The notes beneath the pieces were generated by a model. The model was not told where the DNA came from, did not search any database, and was given only the letters and a program-made list of their open reading frames with translations. DNA of 64,000 nucleotides, taken from Arenicellales bacterium (GTDB taxonomy: Bacteria > Pseudomonadota > Gammaproteobacteria > Arenicellales > Poriferihabitantaceae). Below, piece after piece: positions 62,001-64,000 of the stretch. The stretch is from positions 489,398-553,397 of the forward strand of contig OY734803.1 of assembly GCA_963457535.1 (NCBI GenBank). The letters run 5' to 3'. A program made the translations under genes and the position numbers. Numbering within the stretch: the stretch's first letter is position 1; each line of letters opens with the position of its first letter.

Positions 62001-64000
62001 ACCAACTACCACCTGCGCTGGAAGTTGGCGAGCGCGGCCGCTTTTGCCTCCGGCGACACCGCCACGGTCGGCGCGACCACCCTCGCCCGAACCATCACCG
62101 GCCTGACCAACGGCAGCGCATACGATGTGGAAATCACCGCGCAAAACTCCGCGGGATTCGGCGCGGCCGCAACCGCGCAAGGAACGCCGGACCTGGCGCC
62201 GGGCGCGCCGCAAAATCCGGCGGCAACGCCCGGGAATACTCAACTTCGCGTCTCTTGGGCCGCGCCGGCCGACAACGGCGGCCCCGCGATTACCAACTAC
62301 CGCCTGCGCTGGAAATTGGCGGGCGCGGCCGCCTTTGCCCCCGGCAACACGCGCACCATCGGCGCGTCGGCAACTTCCGCCACTATCACCGGGCTGACCA
62401 ACGGCGAGACTTACGATGTGGAAATCGCCGCGCGAAACGCCGCGGGTTTCGGCGCGGCCGCGACCGCGCAATCCACGCCGCGCACCGTGCCGGGCGCGCC
62501 GCAAAATCCGACGGCAACGCCCGGAGACGCCGAACTGCAAATCGCCTGGAGCGCGCCGGACAACGACGGCGGCGCCGCGATTCTCACTTACCGCCTGCGC
62601 TGGAAAGACGCCGATGACGCTTCCTTTGCCGCCGGCGATGTCATTCTGGCCGGCGCGGACACACTCACCGCGACCATCACCGGGCTGACAAACGGCGAGA
62701 CTTACGATGTGGAAATCGCCGCGCAAAACTCCGCGGGATTCGGCGCGGCCGCGACCGCGCAAGGGACGCCGGACCGGGCGCCGGGCGCGCCGCAAAATCC
62801 GGCGGCAACGCCCGGGAATACTCAACTTCGCGTCTCTTGGGCCGCGCCGGCCGACAACGGCGGCCCCGCCATTACCAACTACCGCCTGCGCTGGAAATTG
62901 GCAAGCGCGGCCGCTTTTGCCTCCGGCGACGCGCGCACCGTCGGCGCGGTAACTTCCGCCACTATCACCGGGCTGACCAACGGCGAGACTTACGATGTGG
63001 AAATCACCGCGCAAAACTCCGCGGGATTCGGCGCGGCCGCGACCGCGCAAGGAACGCCGAACCCGGTCGCGCCGAGCGCGCCGCGGTCGCCGGGGGTCAC
63101 TATCGCCGACGGCGAACTGCAATTGACTTGGACCGCGCCGGCCGACAACGGCGGCAGCGCGATTACCAACTACCGCGTGCGCTGGAAGTTGGCGAGCGAA
63201 GCCGCCTTTGCCCCCGCCGACGCGGTCGTGGTCGGCGCGGGCACCCTCGCCCGAACCATCACCGGGCTGACAAACGGCGCGGCTTATGATGTGGAAATCG
63301 CCGCCCAAAACGCCCCGGGATTCGGCGCGGCCTTGGCTTTTCAGGCGGTTCCGCGCGCCGCGGCCGGCGTGCCGGGTGTGCCGCAGTCGGTGCGCCTGGT
63401 GCCCTCCGGCCAATCTCTCGTCCTTTTTTGGGAACCCCCGCTTGACGATGGCCGCGCCGCCATAACCGGGTACCTCTTGTCCGTAAGGGGGGTCGGCACC
63501 TCCTCTACGCCGGCAGCTTCGCGATCTTTCGTTATCCGGAATCTGGTATCCGGCAGGCTTTATACCGTGGAAATCGCCGCGCGAAATTCCGCGGGTACAG
63601 GCCCGACGTTGGTGGTGCAAGGCGTGCCGGGCGGGGCGAGCGCGCCGCAAAATCCGACGGCAACGCACGGCGACGGCGAACTGCAAATCGCCTGGAGCGC
63701 GCCGGCCGAAAACGGCGGCACGACCATTACCAACTACCGCCTGCGCTGGAAATTGGCGGGCGCGGCCGCCTTTGCCGGCGGCGATACGCGCACCGTCGGC
63801 GCGGTAACTTCGGCGACGATTACCGGACTGACCAACGGCGAGACTTACGATGTGGAAATCACCGCGCAAAACGCCGCGGAGTTCGGCGTGCCCGCGACTT
63901 TGCAGGGCACGCCGCTCGGCCCGCCGGGCGCGCCGCAAAATCCGACGGCGACGCCCGGAAACACCGAACTGCAAATCGCCTGGAGCGCGCCGGACAACGA
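59100..64000 (+). CDS. very large secreted/surface protein of tandem FN3-like domains (5' partial; continues beyond the window)
   Basis: Not in the ORF track, which has no in-window stop for it. ATG 59100 with GAGGTG 6 nt upstream. Signal peptide MNINMLRGKVFASVLVALAAVFGASSAAAQ. Frame 0 stays open for 1633 codons. There is one divergent unit plus 15 complete ~97-aa FN3-like units (P.APQ...L.V.W..P..NGG..I..YR.RWK...F...T...TITGLTNG..YDVEI.A.N..GFG) and the start of another. Confidence 0.85.
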   Translation, partial: MNINMLRGKVFASVLVALAAVFGASSAAAQLVSKPTNPALMPTPGSETTSLTFTWTPAREFGSNVSNYIVHLREKGDAWPADGDKNNVPEGVTMTGGSFGSFKWQTFTWEYISPEQDDALAFTGLQPATTYEARIRGVGDDFDTSAWSDTAQSATEAPKDLPGAPQSVTATTGNTELLVAWAAPAGGGTVVNYRVRWKLASATNFAPADATTTGNRATSATITGLTNGSAYDVEVAAGNSNGFGTAVTVQATPSVVAPDAPQSAAAAHGDSELRVSWAAPARNGGAAISNYRVRWKLASATNFAPGDAATVGATTLARTITGLTNGSAYDVEIAAQNSEGFGAAATLQETPRTVSSAPRTPSATPGDGRLTLSWIGPADNGGARINGFRLRWKLASAAAFDPADTRIGILFSERQITGLTNGETYDVEISFRNSEGFGAAATLQVTLPGPPGAPQSPSATPGNARLQVAWSAPASNGGTAITNYRLRWKLASAANFASGDTRTVGASVTSATITGLANGSTYDVEIAAQNSAGFGAAATVQGAPKPVAPSAPQNPTATSGNGELQIAWSAPADNGGVAVLTYRLRWKDADDASFASGDVILTGADTTTATITGLTNRETYDVEIAAQNSEGFGAAATLQATPAVPPGAPQNPTATPGNARLQVAWTAPADNGGAAITNYRLRWKLASAAAFAPGDTRTVGAVTSATITGLTNGSTYDVEIAAKNSAGFGAVATAQGTPRTTPGGLSATAVTPENAKLEISWSAPRNNGGAAITGYRVRWRLASAPAFAPADTRTTGALDTFATITGLTNGSRYNVEIVARNAAGFGPATNVQGTPRTVPGAPRNPTATPGDGELQIAWSAPAFNGGAVITNYRLRWKLASAAAFAGGDTRTVGASVTSATITGLASGKTYDVQITARNFAGFGAAATVQGTPPAVPPGAPQNPTATPGDAELRIAWRAPDNDGGGAITNYHLRWKLASAAAFASGDTATVGATTLARTITGLTNGSAYDVEITAQNSAGFGAAATAQGTPDLAPGAPQNPAATPGNTQLRVSWAAPADNGGPAITNYRLRWKLAGAAAFAPGNTRTIGASATSATITGLTNGETYDVEIAARNAAGFGAAATAQSTPRTVPGAPQNPTATPGDAELQIAWSAPDNDGGAAILTYRLRWKDADDASFAAGDVILAGADTLTATITGLTNGETYDVEIAAQNSAGFGAAATAQGTPDRAPGAPQNPAATPGNTQLRVSWAAPADNGGPAITNYRLRWKLASAAAFASGDARTVGAVTSATITGLTNGETYDVEITAQNSAGFGAAATAQGTPNPVAPSAPRSPGVTIADGELQLTWTAPADNGGSAITNYRVRWKLASEAAFAPADAVVVGAGTLARTITGLTNGAAYDVEIAAQNAPGFGAALAFQAVPRAAAGVPGVPQSVRLVPSGQSLVLFWEPPLDDGRAAITGYLLSVRGVGTSSTPAASRSFVIRNLVSGRLYTVEIAARNSAGTGPTLVVQGVPGGASAPQNPTATHGDGELQIAWSAPAENGGTTITNYRLRWKLAGAAAFAGGDTRTVGAVTSATITGLTNGETYDVEITAQNAAEFGVPATLQGTPLGPPGAPQNPTATPGNTELQIAWSAPDN
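59580..64000 (+). repeat. coding tandem repeat array, period 288-294 nt (about 15.2 copies in window)
   Basis: The TACGATGTGGAAATC (YDVEI) landmark recurs at 60084, 60372, 60663, 60957, 61536, 61827, 62121, 62412, 62703 and further positions. Some neighbouring units share long identical stretches. Confidence 0.9.

Noticed and set aside
61377-63974. 865-aa minus-strand ORF, together with 60327-61304 (-), 59400-60143 (-) and 61091-62617 (+), overlapping the repeat region
   Set aside because: These are R/G/A-rich, low-complexity and periodic (GRGRAESRGVLRGDFHIV...) only because they are antisense or out-of-frame readings of the FN3 repeat. They have no SD or signal features. The + frame-0 reading has an SD, a signal peptide and a coherent FN3 pattern.
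59580-64000. Periodic repeat array as a CRISPR or non-coding satellite
   Set aside because: The period is 291 nt, it stays in-frame, and it encodes a conserved domain. There is no short repeat/spacer organisation and no cas genes in the window.

Overview
High-GC (about 65-70% by eye) proteobacterial chromosomal segment. It is densely packed with recognisable housekeeping and metabolic genes on both strands: folE, xni, a TRAP transporter, metK-ahcY, argB-recQ, a 6TM Kv-type K+ channel, argD, ETF-ubiquinone oxidoreductase, rluC, a Puu-like gamma-glutamyl-amine catabolic cluster with a PotFGHI-type ABC importer, ugpBAEC, an omega-aminotransferase, gcvTHP, lipA, purL, dapA, gloB, and a Zur-box-controlled znuA / zur-znuC-znuB locus. 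Four things stand out. (1) A very large + strand ORF starts at 59100 and runs off the window. It has a Sec signal followed by at least 16 tandem FN3-like domains with a 291-nt period. It is missing from the supplied ORF track, which shows only its antisense and out-of-frame shadows. (2) A lower-GC four-gene block (34265-41425) encodes a secreted protein with cohesin-like, Calx-beta and dockerin-like modules, a lipoprotein subtilisin (S8) autotransporter with a C8 tract, a TolC-like outer-membrane protein with an unusual leader and promoter region, and an orphan protein. (3) A RES-toxin / Xre(DUF2384)-antitoxin pair sits between gcvP and lipA. (4) The TRAP DctM permease carries a ~315-aa hydrophilic helical tail. 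No rRNA, tRNA, CRISPR array, integrase or transposase was seen. Many long ORFs in the track are antisense shadows typical of high-GC DNA. All family calls rest on motif recognition by eye, and no database search was possible.
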